In this document: one piece after another, positions 20,830-30,225 of the stretch
Layout of the letters: the number at the start of each line of letters is the position of its first letter
Numbering within the stretch: position 1 is the stretch's first letter
Origin: Candidatus Spongiisociaceae bacterium
GTDB lineage: Bacteria > Actinomycetota > Acidimicrobiia > Spongiisociales > Spongiisociaceae
Length of the DNA: 64,000 bases
Assembly (NCBI GenBank): GCA_965202665.1
Contig: OZ241841.1
Coordinates: forward strand, 1,824,001-1,888,000
Direction of reading: 5' to 3'
Made by a program: the position numbers and the translations under genes
Notes under the pieces: model-generated
Told to the model about the DNA's origin: nothing
What the model saw: only the letters and a program-made list of their open reading frames with translations
Database searches by the model: none

Positions 20830-21776
20830 TACGCGAGAACGCGGTTGATGCTGTTGGGGGGACTCCCTTGGTGCGGCTGGGACGGTTGCATCCGGCGGGG
20901 AATCTGGCGGCCAAAGTGGAATACATGAACCCGGCCGGGTCGGTCAAGGAGCGGATCGCGGTCAATATGATCGACCGTGCTGAACAGCAGGGACTGCTCG
21001 GTCCGGGCGGGACCATCGTGGAACCCACTTCGGGCAACACCGGGGCCGGGTTGGCCATGGTGGGGGCGGTGCGGGGCTACCGGGTGATCTGCACCGTGCC
21101 CGACAAGGTTTCTCCTGAAAAAATCGCCCTGCTGCGGGCCTACGGGGCGGAAGTGATCGTCACCCCCACCGAGCTGCTGCCGGAAGACCCCGACTCCTAC
21201 TACGGGATCGCCCGTCGCCTCACCGCCGAAATCGACGGGGCTTTCTCACCCGATCAGTACTCCAACCCTTACAACCCGGAGGCGCATTATCTGACCACCG
21301 GTCCGGAAATCTGGGAGCAGACCGGCGGGGAAGTGGATGTGTTCGTGGCCGGGGTGGGCACCGGCGGCACCATCACCGGGGTGGGACGTTACCTGCGGGA
21401 GCGCAAACCGGAGGTGGAAATGGTGGGGGCCGACCCGGAGGGCTCCATTTTTACGGCGGCCCGCGAGGAGGACATCCATCAGTACCGGGTGGAAGGAGTG
21501 GGGGAGGACTTTTGGCCGGCCACCCTGGAACGGGAAATAGTCAGCCGCTACATAATGGTTGACGACCATCAGTCGTTCGCCGCCGCCCGCCGTTTGGCGG
21601 AAACCGAAGGGTTGCTGGTGGGGGGGTCGGGGGGGATGGCCGTCCACGCCGCCCGGCAAGTGGCCGAGGAGGACGACCGGCTGGTGGTGGTGTTGCTGCC
21701 CGACTCCGGCCGGGGCTACCTGTCCAAGATCTGGAACGAAGAGTGGCTGGCCGAACACGGCTTCGCCCCGTCCTGA
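20826..21776 (+). CDS. PLP-dependent cysteine synthase / cystathionine beta-synthase family
   Basis: NPAGSVKER, EPTSGNTG, GVGTGGT, LPDSGRGYLSK. Confidence 0.92.
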   Translation: MIRENAVDAVGGTPLVRLGRLHPAGNLAAKVEYMNPAGSVKERIAVNMIDRAEQQGLLGPGGTIVEPTSGNTGAGLAMVGAVRGYRVICTVPDKVSPEKIALLRAYGAEVIVTPTELLPEDPDSYYGIARRLTAEIDGAFSPDQYSNPYNPEAHYLTTGPEIWEQTGGEVDVFVAGVGTGGTITGVGRYLRERKPEVEMVGADPEGSIFTAAREEDIHQYRVEGVGEDFWPATLEREIVSRYIMVDDHQSFAAARRLAETEGLLVGGSGGMAVHAARQVAEEDDRLVVVLLPDSGRGYLSKIWNEEWLAEHGFAPS

Positions 21777-21799
21777 CCGGCATCCCCCGCCCAAATTGA

Positions 21800-21838
21800 A
21801 AGAGAGCCCCCGGTAATCCGAGGGCCCTCTTCACTTTT
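21800..21838. terminator. Intrinsic terminator-like hairpin, possibly bidirectional
   Basis: gagagcccccgg-taat-ccgagggccctc flanked by A-rich and T-rich tails. Confidence 0.65.
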
Positions 21839-21978
21839 CAACCCGCCCCGTGCTTCGCCGTTATCGGGGGCGCCTCATGAGGACTTGGCATGAGGTGGGG
21901 AGGACCGGGTGGTCCGAGTTGGAGTCGCTACCTGGCACAAACCGAAAAACGGTCCGTGAAAGCGACCCTTGTGGCCGC

Positions 21979-22023
21979 TTAGCGCTCGGCCACCTCCAGA
22001 GTCCTGCGTAAACCAGTTGTCAA
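21979..22023 (-). CDS. sORF MTTGLRRTLEVAER (TTG start)
   Basis: Follows an exceptionally strong SD; ends in TAA. Confidence 0.45.
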   Translation of the reverse strand: MTTGLRRTLEVAER

Positions 22024-22145
22024 GTTGGACCACCTCCTTTCTCTGGTAGCCCCCAGGTTAGCGCGCCCCGCCCCCGGCGCCAAATCTTTGGGGATGAAAA
22101 GACGACGCCTTGGGCAATAGCGAGGCGGACATCTAGGATGGGGAC

Positions 22146-22358
22146 ATGCCGGCCCGGACAAGGGGCATTTCGCCTGATGAGGAAGAATTTCTGCAACGGT
22201 TCGACCGGGGCGATTATGACCGCATTCGCCGGGAGGCGTTGCGCGAGGCGGCGAATTTGCGGGGAAACGGAACTCCGTTTGGGCCGTCCCGCCCGTCGCC
22301 GGGGTCAGCCGAGGGCGGCGCGGAAGGCGCTCCACAGGTCGGCCAAGGCGGAGGTTAG
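22146..22358 (+). CDS. Small hypothetical protein, possibly an antitoxin N-terminal remnant
   Basis: DEEEFLQRFDRGDYDRIRREAL; the 3' part overlaps the convergent gene. Confidence 0.3.
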   Translation: MPARTRGISPDEEEFLQRFDRGDYDRIRREALREAANLRGNGTPFGPSRPSPGSAEGGAEGAPQVGQGGG

Positions 22359-22886
22359 GCCTCCCAAAGCCCAGCGGAACAGCAGAATCAGAATGAGGAC
22401 GCCGGCGGTGGTGAACACCATCCGCGCCCGGTAAGTGACCACTTGGTCGGGGTCCTCCAGGTAGGAGGGGACGGCGGAGGGGGCTTTGGCCAGGCGGCGG
22501 CGCTGGGCGAAGGCCGCACCCGCCCGGTTGAAGACGGAACTGATCCGCAACCGGGCCGAACCGGAGCGGGAAACCGGCGGCGGCTCGCCGGAATCGGCCG
22601 GGGAAGGCTCCCGGGGGGCGTCCAGTTCCGGTTGGTAGGGCGGGGGCGGGACGGTTTCCGGCAACCCCCCGGACACCCGGATCGCCTCCCGCAACAGCGA
22701 AGCGGGAAGGGAAACGGCGGTGGCCACCGCCGTCACATCGGCGGCCCCGGGAACGGAAACGCCGTTTTCCCATTCCTCCACCGCCTCCTCCGGCCATTGG
22801 AGGCGCCCGGCCAGCCCCTCCCGGGACAAACCCAGCTCCTCCCGTCGTTGGGCCAGCAACGAGGCGAACCCGGTTTCCTCCGTCAT
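22305..22886 (-). CDS. XRE-type HTH protein with C-terminal TM helix
   Basis: LAQRREELGLSREGLA...VEEWENG..VP; hydrophobic C-terminus. Confidence 0.7.
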   Translation of the reverse strand: MTEETGFASLLAQRREELGLSREGLAGRLQWPEEAVEEWENGVSVPGAADVTAVATAVSLPASLLREAIRVSGGLPETVPPPPYQPELDAPREPSPADSGEPPPVSRSGSARLRISSVFNRAGAAFAQRRRLAKAPSAVPSYLEDPDQVVTYRARMVFTTAGVLILILLFRWALGGLTSALADLWSAFRAALG

Positions 22887-23284
22887 CAGTGGGGCGGGTT
22901 TTCCGGGACGCTGTCCGGCTCCGGCCCGTCGGTCAGGCGCAACGTCCCCACGTCTTTGACGTTCCAGCACAGGGTGCGTCCCTGCGGGATGTTCAACCTG
23001 ATGGACCCCCCGGCCGCCTCCCCGTCTATCAGCAGTTCCCCGCGGGAGGCCTCCGCCAGCGGGATGGAAGCCGAATAGTCCCCGGCGGAGTTGACCACCG
23101 TCACATGCGAAGCCTCCGGTTCAGGGAGGCAGGCGTCCAGCACCGCCCCCACTCCCACCGCCGCGCCTCCGGCGGGGGAGGGGCGGGCCAGGCAACGCAA
23201 AGCCTCTTCGCCCCAAAGGCCGGGCCGGGCGGCCAAGCCGGTGATTTCCAGCCGGGCCGGGCGGGCGGGGCGGGCGTGCGTCAT
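22886..23284 (-). CDS. Hypothetical protein, molybdopterin-oxidoreductase-like fragment
   Basis: HVTVVNSAGDYSASIPL, IRLNIP..TLCWNVKDV; coupled to the downstream gene. Confidence 0.55.
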   Translation of the reverse strand: MTHARPARPARLEITGLAARPGLWGEEALRCLARPSPAGGAAVGVGAVLDACLPEPEASHVTVVNSAGDYSASIPLAEASRGELLIDGEAAGGSIRLNIPQGRTLCWNVKDVGTLRLTDGPEPDSVPENPPH

Positions 23285-23432
23285 ATCCCCAAGCTAGCCA
23301 ACCAAGGCCCTAACCTGCGACATATCGCCGGGCGGAGGCGGGGCGAAAACAAGGGGGTTGAAAGTCGTCTGAAAATTCATATCTTAACCATTAGGAACGC
23401 AACCGACCCCGCCGGGGTCCCGAAAGGGAGGT

Positions 23433-24194
23433 ATGAACCTGATGGAAAACGCCAACCGCCGCGACCGGGTGAACTACGGCGACGCCGTTATTGAGTACGA
23501 GATACGGCGCAGCGCCCGGCGCCGCAAGACCGTGGAGGTCAAGGTGGAGGGGGGCGATGTGCGGGTGGCCGCCCCGGCCGCCGCCACCGACGACTACCTG
23601 CGCCGGTTCGTGCTGTCCAAAGCCCCGTGGATAATGCGCACCATCCACCAGTCGCCCCCGCTCCAGCCGGAAACCTTCCCCCAGCGTTTCGCCGACGGCG
23701 CCGCCCTGCCCTTTCTGGGACGGGACTACCCGATGTTGACTTGCGCGCCCGACCCGCTCCGGCCGCCGGTCGCTTTGGACTGGGAGATGGAGACGTTCCG
23801 CATCGTCCTCCCCGAAGGCGAGTTCGACCGGTTCGCCTACCAGCGGGTCAGCCGGGCGGTCATGGACTGGTACACGGAGCAGGCGGAAACCTATCTGGAG
23901 CAACGACTGGATTACTGGCGGCCCCGTTGCGGGATGGGCTGGGACTCCCGCATGGAAGTGAAAAACCACCGCAGCCAGTGGGGGAGTTGCGCCCCGGACG
24001 GAACCCTCCGTTTCAACTGGCGGCTGATGATGCTCCCGCCGGAAGTGGTGGACATGGTGGTGGTGCATGAGTTGTCCCACCTGCGGGTGCGCAATCATTC
24101 CTCGGATTTTTGGAAGGTGGTGGAGGAGCACATCCCTGACTACCGGGCGTTGCGCAAACAGTTGCGGGAGTGGGAAAAAACCCTCACCCTGTAG
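23433..24194 (+). CDS. YgjP/DUF45 (M48-like) zinc metalloprotease-fold protein, standalone copy
   Basis: IRRSARRRKT, WGSC, FNWRL, VVVHELSH...NHS..FW. Confidence 0.9.
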   Translation: MNLMENANRRDRVNYGDAVIEYEIRRSARRRKTVEVKVEGGDVRVAAPAAATDDYLRRFVLSKAPWIMRTIHQSPPLQPETFPQRFADGAALPFLGRDYPMLTCAPDPLRPPVALDWEMETFRIVLPEGEFDRFAYQRVSRAVMDWYTEQAETYLEQRLDYWRPRCGMGWDSRMEVKNHRSQWGSCAPDGTLRFNWRLMMLPPEVVDMVVVHELSHLRVRNHSSDFWKVVEEHIPDYRALRKQLREWEKTLTL

Positions 24195-24212
24195 CGCCGG
24201 GCGGGGCGGGCC

Positions 24213-25070
24213 TTATTCGGTCGGGCGGGCTCCGGCGGTGGGCAAAGTCATGCGCCCGTCTTCCCAGTCATCGTGGATCCACTCGTAATCGGGATGGAAA
24301 TGGGGGCCGCGGGCCCGTTCCTCCCCGACCGGTTCCCCGGCCAGATAGTTGAGAAACCACATATTGGTTCCCGGGCAGGCCGCCGAAGAATGGAAGCCCT
24401 GCGGGACCAGGGCGGTATCGCCGTCCCCGCACACCATCACCTCGTCGAAGTCGGAGTCCTCCCGCCAGTTGCGATGCAGGGCGAACCCGGCGGCGGGTTG
24501 CAGGCGGAAATAGTAGACCTCCTCCAAATAGGGGGAGCCGGCGTATCCGTCGTGGCAGTGGGGGGCCCAGCCCGACCACATCCCGCGCGGCACGTACACC
24601 TCGTACAGTATCAGCCGCTCGGCGGGCAGAGGGTGGGAGAGAATGTGGGAAATCTGCCGGTGGGAGGCCCCGCCGCCCCGCAACTCGGTGCGCATCTCCC
24701 GCGGTTGGAACAGCCGCACCGGCAGGCCGCCCTCCGCCGGGGCGCCCCCCACCGCGCACAGGAAATCCCCGTTGGATGCCACCGTTATCCGGCGGCCGGG
24801 CGGCGCGTACAGCACCTGCGGGACCTCTTCGAACACGCCGGAGCGGGACAGGTCGACGAGGTCGTCGCCCACTTTCACCTGACCCGAACCTTGCAACGGG
24901 GTCACCGCCGTCTCCCGTCCCGGGGCCGAATGATGATATTCATCCCCGTCCCCCAGCGACACCACCCGAAAGTCCAGATAGGACCAGCCGGCCGACTCGG
25001 GGGTGACTTCGATCACCGTCCCCGGGCCGGGGCGGGCTTTGATCAGCGAACCGGGGCGGGGGGCGCTCAC
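24213..25070 (-). CDS. iolB: 5-deoxy-glucuronate isomerase
   Basis: VTPESAGW.Y, GMWSGWAPHCHD, YLEEVYYF; GTG overlaps the iolD stop. Confidence 0.88.
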   Translation of the reverse strand: MSAPRPGSLIKARPGPGTVIEVTPESAGWSYLDFRVVSLGDGDEYHHSAPGRETAVTPLQGSGQVKVGDDLVDLSRSGVFEEVPQVLYAPPGRRITVASNGDFLCAVGGAPAEGGLPVRLFQPREMRTELRGGGASHRQISHILSHPLPAERLILYEVYVPRGMWSGWAPHCHDGYAGSPYLEEVYYFRLQPAAGFALHRNWREDSDFDEVMVCGDGDTALVPQGFHSSAACPGTNMWFLNYLAGEPVGEERARGPHFHPDYEWIHDDWEDGRMTLPTAGARPTE

Positions 25071-26908
25071 ACCCCCACCCTTTGATGCTTCTTCTCCGCC
25101 TCCCAGGCGGCCCGGGCCACTAGCACGTCGGCCCGGTCGCTCACTTCGGGTATCCCCACCTCCCACCAAGCCCCGCCCTCCGTCCAGGAGTACTGGTGGA
25201 TGTCCATCACGATGGCGTAGCTGCGGTCGGAGGCTTTGGCCCGCCGCCAGGCGCCTGGCAGGTCCTCCAGCCGTTCCACCTTCTCCGCCGCCGCCCCCAG
25301 GGAGGCGGCGTGGGCGGCGAAATCCACGCGGCGGTAATCGGTGTGGCGGGTGGTGCGCAACAGGTTGTTGAACTCCGCCCCGCCGGTGTTGACCTGCAAC
25401 CGGTTTATCACCGCGAAGCCCTCGTTGTCCATCACCATGAAAATCACTTTGTGCCCGGTCATCACCGTGGACAAGATGTCGGTGTTCATCAGCAGGTAGG
25501 AGCCGTCCCCCACCCAGGCGATGACATCCCCCTCCCGGGCCATCGCCGCCCCCCAGGCCCCTCCGATTTCGTAGCCCATCGTGGAATAGCCGTATTCCGA
25601 GTCGAAGCTCCCCACCGATTTGCAGCGCCATCCCATGGACAGCTCCCCGGGCAGGCCCCCCGCCGCCGACAGGCAGTAGTCGTCGTCGTCGCACAGTTCG
25701 TTGATAACCTGGATCACCTGGGCGTAGGCCGGTTTGCCCTCCACCGGACGGGTTTTCCACGAATCCAGGTACTCGTGCCAGTTTTTGATGTGGGACTGGG
25801 CGGAGGCCAGCCACTCTCGGGGGGCCCGGTAATCTTCCAGCAGCCGGTCGATGTCCCGCAACGAAGTCCGGGCGTCGCCGATCACCGGAACCGCCATCTG
25901 TTTGTGGGCGTCCCAGCGGGCGGTGTTTACGGAAACGAACCGCACCTTGGGGTTTTTGAACACCGACCAGGAACCGGTGGTGAAATCCTGCAGGCGGGTT
26001 CCCACCCCCAGCACCAAGTCGGCGTCTTCGGCCACCGCGTTGGCGGCCGCGGAACCGGTTACCCCGATGGGCCCGGCGTAGTTGGGATGATCGTGCGTCA
26101 AGGTCCCTTTGCCGGCTACGGTTTCCACCACCGGAACCCCCCGCCGCTGGGCGAAGTCGGTCAGGGTTTCCACCGCCCCCGAATAGTGGACTCCGCCCCC
26201 GGCGATGATCAAAGGCCGGGAGGAGGCGGCCAGCAAACCGGCGGCCCGTTCCGCGTCGCGGGGGTCCGCCCCCGGGCGGCGGATGTAATGGGTGCGGGGT
26301 TCGAAGAAAGCGACCGGATAGCCGTAGGCTTCAGCTTGAATGTCCTGGGGGAGGGCCAAAAAGGCCGGTCCGCGGCTGGCCGGATCCAGCATCACCGCCA
26401 AAGCCTGGGGCAACGATTGGATGATCTGCTCCGGGCGGGTGATGCGGTCCCAGAACCGGCTCACCGGTTTGAAAACGTCGCATACGGTGACGGTCGGGTC
26501 GGAGAACACCTCCACCTGTTGCAACACCGGGTCCACGATGCGGTGCTGATAGGTGTCGCCCGACAAAATCAGCAGCGGTAGCCGGTCGGCGTGGGCCACC
26601 GCGGCCGCGGTGACCATGTTGGTGCAACCGGGGCCGATGGAGGAGGTGGCGATCATTATCCGCCGCGCCCGCATGGCTTTGGCGTAGGCCACCGCCGCTA
26701 AAGCCATGGACTGTTCGTTGTGGCCCCGCCAAGTGGGGAGGCGGTCCTGCACCGGCTCCAGCGCCTCGGCCAGGCAGGTTACGTTGCCGTGGCCGAAGAT
26801 GCCGAACGCCCCGGCGAACACCGGAACCCGCTCCCCGTCGATCTCGGTGTACTGGTTGATGAGCCATTTGACCATGGCCTGAGCGGCGGTGAGCCTGACA
26901 GTTTCCAC
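25067..26908 (-). CDS. iolD: 3D-(3,5/4)-trihydroxycyclohexane-1,2-dione acylhydrolase
   Basis: RLTAAQA, GIFGHGNV, HNEQSMA, SSIGPG, EYGYSTMGYE, WWEVG. Confidence 0.95.
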   Translation of the reverse strand: METVRLTAAQAMVKWLINQYTEIDGERVPVFAGAFGIFGHGNVTCLAEALEPVQDRLPTWRGHNEQSMALAAVAYAKAMRARRIMIATSSIGPGCTNMVTAAAVAHADRLPLLILSGDTYQHRIVDPVLQQVEVFSDPTVTVCDVFKPVSRFWDRITRPEQIIQSLPQALAVMLDPASRGPAFLALPQDIQAEAYGYPVAFFEPRTHYIRRPGADPRDAERAAGLLAASSRPLIIAGGGVHYSGAVETLTDFAQRRGVPVVETVAGKGTLTHDHPNYAGPIGVTGSAAANAVAEDADLVLGVGTRLQDFTTGSWSVFKNPKVRFVSVNTARWDAHKQMAVPVIGDARTSLRDIDRLLEDYRAPREWLASAQSHIKNWHEYLDSWKTRPVEGKPAYAQVIQVINELCDDDDYCLSAAGGLPGELSMGWRCKSVGSFDSEYGYSTMGYEIGGAWGAAMAREGDVIAWVGDGSYLLMNTDILSTVMTGHKVIFMVMDNEGFAVINRLQVNTGGAEFNNLLRTTRHTDYRRVDFAAHAASLGAAAEKVERLEDLPGAWRRAKASDRSYAIVMDIHQYSWTEGGAWWEVGIPEVSDRADVLVARAAWEAEKKHQRVGV

Positions 26909-26934
26909 TTGCCTCCTCCTTATCTATTGCGCAA

Positions 26935-28110
26935 CTAATCTATCCGCAGCGATTCTACGCTTTCCCATCGTTCGCTGTTCCAGGAACGTTTCATGGCCGC
27001 GGCTACGGAGCCGTTGGCCAAGGCGTCGTCGAATCCGGGGCGGTGCGGCTTTTGGGAGGCTACCGAGAGGAGAAACTCGTACGCCTCGAAGATTTTCATG
27101 TCTTCGAAGCCGACCGAGTTGCCCCCGCCGGGCACGATGTTCGCCTGACGGTAGAAGTCGCCGCCCGCCAACACCTCGATGAAGCCGTCGTCGGGCTGTT
27201 CCTCCGGCAGGTAGAGGCGCAACTGGTTGAGTTTTTCGTGATCCCAGTAGGCGGCCCCCCGGGAGCCGTTCAGTTCGAAGGCCATCTGGCTTTGCGGGCC
27301 GAAAATGGAGCGGTCCGCCTCCAAGGTCCCCCGGGCCCCGCAGGCGAACTCCACCAGCGCCCCCACGTAGTCTTCGTTGGTCACTTTCCCGGTCGGATCC
27401 CCGGGCGACCCCCGGGCGTAATGGGAGGCCCCCGGCTGGGGGAGGGGGCGTTCTTTGACGAACACTTCTTTGGCGGCCACCACCCGCGTGATGGGCCCGT
27501 ACAGGAACTGGGCCATGTCGATGGCGTGCGTCATGATGTCGCTCAGCGCCCCGCATCCCGCCTTCTCCTGCAGGAAGCGCCAGGTGAGCAGGCCCAGCCG
27601 ATCCCGCCCGTACATGGTGAAAAAGCGCCCCCGGTAGTGGGTGGGCCGGCCGATCCGCCCCTCTTCTATGAGCTGTTTGACGTATTGCACCATCGGAGCC
27701 CACCGATAGTTGTATCCGCAACCGGTGATTACGCCCGCCCGGCGGGCGGCCGCCTCCATGCGGGCGGTGGCCTCCGGGGCGATGCCCACCGGTTTCTCGC
27801 AGAAAATGTGCTTGCCGGCCGCGGCGGCCGCTTCTCCGATTTCCTGATGGAGGGTGTTGGGGGCGGTGATGTCGATGACGTCGATGTCGGGGCGCCCCAC
27901 CACTTCCCGCCAGTCGTCGGTCCCGGATTGGTAGCCGAAGTCGGCCATGGCCCGTTCTATGCGGTCCCGGTGCGGTTCGGCCACCGCCGCCAGAACGGGC
28001 CGCACCGGGGCGTCGGGGAAATACATGGGAATGGAGCGGTAGGAGCGGGAGTGGGACTGTCCCATCCATCCGAACCCGATCAGCCCGATGCGGAGCGGTT
28101 TTTTTGTCAT
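26935..28110 (-). CDS. Gfo/Idh/MocA oxidoreductase (inositol dehydrogenase-like)
   Basis: IGLIGFGWMG, KHIFCEKP; in iol operon. Confidence 0.88.
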   Translation of the reverse strand: MTKKPLRIGLIGFGWMGQSHSRSYRSIPMYFPDAPVRPVLAAVAEPHRDRIERAMADFGYQSGTDDWREVVGRPDIDVIDITAPNTLHQEIGEAAAAAGKHIFCEKPVGIAPEATARMEAAARRAGVITGCGYNYRWAPMVQYVKQLIEEGRIGRPTHYRGRFFTMYGRDRLGLLTWRFLQEKAGCGALSDIMTHAIDMAQFLYGPITRVVAAKEVFVKERPLPQPGASHYARGSPGDPTGKVTNEDYVGALVEFACGARGTLEADRSIFGPQSQMAFELNGSRGAAYWDHEKLNQLRLYLPEEQPDDGFIEVLAGGDFYRQANIVPGGGNSVGFEDMKIFEAYEFLLSVASQKPHRPGFDDALANGSVAAAMKRSWNSERWESVESLRID

Positions 28111-29102
28111 CCCCTTTCCTCCCGGCGCATTTTCTCCCAGCGGGAGCGAATCTTCCCCCAGGATTCGCCGTTGACCAGGTTGGGGGGGCGTTCGCCGTCC
28201 AAGGCCAGCAAAACCTGTCGCAAGGCGATTTCAAAAATTCGCCTGCGCCCCTCGGTGGTGCTGGAGGCGATGTGGGGGGTGACTATCACGTTGGGCCGGT
28301 GCAGGAGCGGATGGCCGGGGGGGAGGGGTTCGGGGTCGGTTACGTCCAATCCGGCTCCAAACAGGCGGCCCCCGTCCAGGGCGTCCAACAGGGCTTCTTG
28401 GTCCACCAGCGACCCGCGGGCGGTGTTGACGAAAACCGCCCCCGGTTTCATCAGGCCGAAGGCGCGGGCGTCGAACAGGCGAAGGTTGCCGGGGGAGCCG
28501 GGGATGTGCGCCGAGATCACATCGCCGGTGGTCAGCGCCTCGTCCAGGTCCGCGGCCCGGCGGACCGGGGTGGGGAACTGGCGGTCGTCCAAGAAAGGGT
28601 CGTAGGCGACGGTTTGCATGCCCAGTCCCGCTCCGGCCTGCGCCACCCGCCGGGCGATCCGCCCGAACCCGACCAGGCCCAAGGTTTTGCCGTCCAGTTC
28701 CATCGCCTGGTGCTTCTGGTAGTAGTCGCCGCATTCGTTGCGCAGGCGGTTGCCGGACTGCACGATCCGCTTGGAGGCGGCTAAAATCAGGGCCACCGTA
28801 TGTTCGGCGGTGGAGACGGTGGGGCCCTCCGGGGCGTTGCACACCGCGATTCCCCGGCGGGCGGCGGCTTCCACATCCACCGTGTCGTAACCGATTCCGG
28901 TTCTGCATATCACCAGCAACTCCGGGGCTTGGTCGAACTGCTCTTCGCCGTAGCGGTGGGAGCCCGCCAGCACCGCCTGTGCCTCCGCCAGTCCCGCATA
29001 AGGATCGTTTTCCCGGCCCGGACTCAAAACTTTCACTTCCGGCGGCGCCAGCGGTAAAAGGTCGGCGGAGGGCGATCGTTCAAACCAAATCCGGTATTCC
29101 AC
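28107..29102 (-). CDS. D-isomer-specific 2-hydroxyacid dehydrogenase
   Basis: GLVGFGRIA, VNTARG, LDVTDPEP, TPHIAS. Confidence 0.9.
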   Translation of the reverse strand: MEYRIWFERSPSADLLPLAPPEVKVLSPGRENDPYAGLAEAQAVLAGSHRYGEEQFDQAPELLVICRTGIGYDTVDVEAAARRGIAVCNAPEGPTVSTAEHTVALILAASKRIVQSGNRLRNECGDYYQKHQAMELDGKTLGLVGFGRIARRVAQAGAGLGMQTVAYDPFLDDRQFPTPVRRAADLDEALTTGDVISAHIPGSPGNLRLFDARAFGLMKPGAVFVNTARGSLVDQEALLDALDGGRLFGAGLDVTDPEPLPPGHPLLHRPNVIVTPHIASSTTEGRRRIFEIALRQVLLALDGERPPNLVNGESWGKIRSRWEKMRREERG

Positions 29103-29124
29103 GCCGCCTTCTTTCCTAGCGGGG

Positions 29125-29967
29125 TTACGGGACGGTTATCCGTTCGTATATTTCCGGGCGGCGGTCGCGGTAGAACGACCAGTGATGCCGCACCTCTTCG
29201 ATCAGGCTCATGTCCAGATCCCGTATCACCACTTCGTCTGCGGAGTCGGAGGCGGGGCCGCCCAGGATTTCCCCCCGGGGGGTGGCGAAATAGGAGCTGC
29301 CGTAGTAGTCGGCGCCGTCCAGGTCTTCCCGCCCCACCCGGTTGATGGCCCCCACGAAATACTCGTTGGCCACCGCCGCCGCCGGTTGCTCCAACTCCCA
29401 CAGGTATTTGGAGTGGCCGCGGGTGGTGGCGGACGGGTTGAACACGATCCGCGCTCCGGCCAAGCCCAGTTCCCTCCACCCTTCGGGGAAGTGGCGGTCG
29501 TAGCAGATGTAAACGCCGATTGTTCCCACCGCCGTGTCGAACACCGGGTAGCCCAGGTTGCCGGGCCGGAAATAGAATTTCTCCCAGAATCCCAGCACCT
29601 GCGGGATGTGGGTTTTGCGGTATTTGCCCAGGTAGGTTCCGTCGGCGTCGATCACCGCCGCCGTGTTGTAGTAGTGGCCGATGCCTTCCTGTTCGAAGAC
29701 GGGAACCACTATCACCATTCCGGTCGCTTCGGCCAGTTCCGCCATTTTGGAGACGGTGGGACCGTCGGGAACGGACTCGGCGTAGGCGAAGTTGGAGTTT
29801 TCTTGAACGTTGCAGAAGTAGGGGCCGTTGAAAATTTCCTGGAAGCACAGCGCCTCCGCGCCCTGCTCGGCGGCCTGCCGGGCGTAGCCAATGTTTTTGG
29901 CCACCATGGATTCTTTGTCGCCGGTCCACTCGCTTTGGACGAGGGCGGCGCGCACGATGTTGTTCAT
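29125..29967 (-). CDS. Nitrilase-family carbon-nitrogen hydrolase (beta-ureidopropionase-like)
   Basis: CFQE, YRKTHIP, FWEKFYF, ICYDRHFPEG (E-K-C triad). Confidence 0.9.
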   Translation of the reverse strand: MNNIVRAALVQSEWTGDKESMVAKNIGYARQAAEQGAEALCFQEIFNGPYFCNVQENSNFAYAESVPDGPTVSKMAELAEATGMVIVVPVFEQEGIGHYYNTAAVIDADGTYLGKYRKTHIPQVLGFWEKFYFRPGNLGYPVFDTAVGTIGVYICYDRHFPEGWRELGLAGARIVFNPSATTRGHSKYLWELEQPAAAVANEYFVGAINRVGREDLDGADYYGSSYFATPRGEILGGPASDSADEVVIRDLDMSLIEEVRHHWSFYRDRRPEIYERITVP

Positions 29968-30225
29968 TCGGCTCTCCCGTCCCGGGGCGGGCGGAACCGA
30001 GGATTGCCTGTCGCCCGCGGCGTTGTCCATAGGGTTCTCCTGTTCTTTGCGTATTCGCCGGTTGCCGGGCCCGGCCGGCCCGGCGACTCCGAATATTAGC
30101 CGAACCGCCCGCCCGCCTTCTCCGTCCGCCCGTCGCGTCGGCGGGTCCGGCGCCTGTTGCGCTCGGGACGGGCGGCGGGAGGCGGGGCGGCGGGGCGGTG
30201 ATGGTTTCGCCCCCGCCGGTTGTTT

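Larger units (their letters stand above)
21795..22049 (-). ncRNA. Putative structured small RNA carrying an extended anti-16S SD and a 14-aa sORF
   Basis: -10 TAACCT at 22055-22060, AGAAAGGAGGTGGTCCA, several hairpins, terminator at the 3' end. Confidence 0.55.

Noticed and set aside
22026-22042. 16S rRNA 3'-end-like sequence on the + strand as an rRNA gene fragment
   Set aside because: Only 17 nt match, and the flanks lack the helix-45 sequence (GTAACAAGGTAGCCG); better read as an SD on the minus strand
30100-30200. Long GC-rich intergenic hairpin (similar one at about 56523-56576) as an ncRNA or REP family
   Set aside because: The hairpins are not similar to each other and are compatible with ordinary actinobacterial terminators or stabilisers
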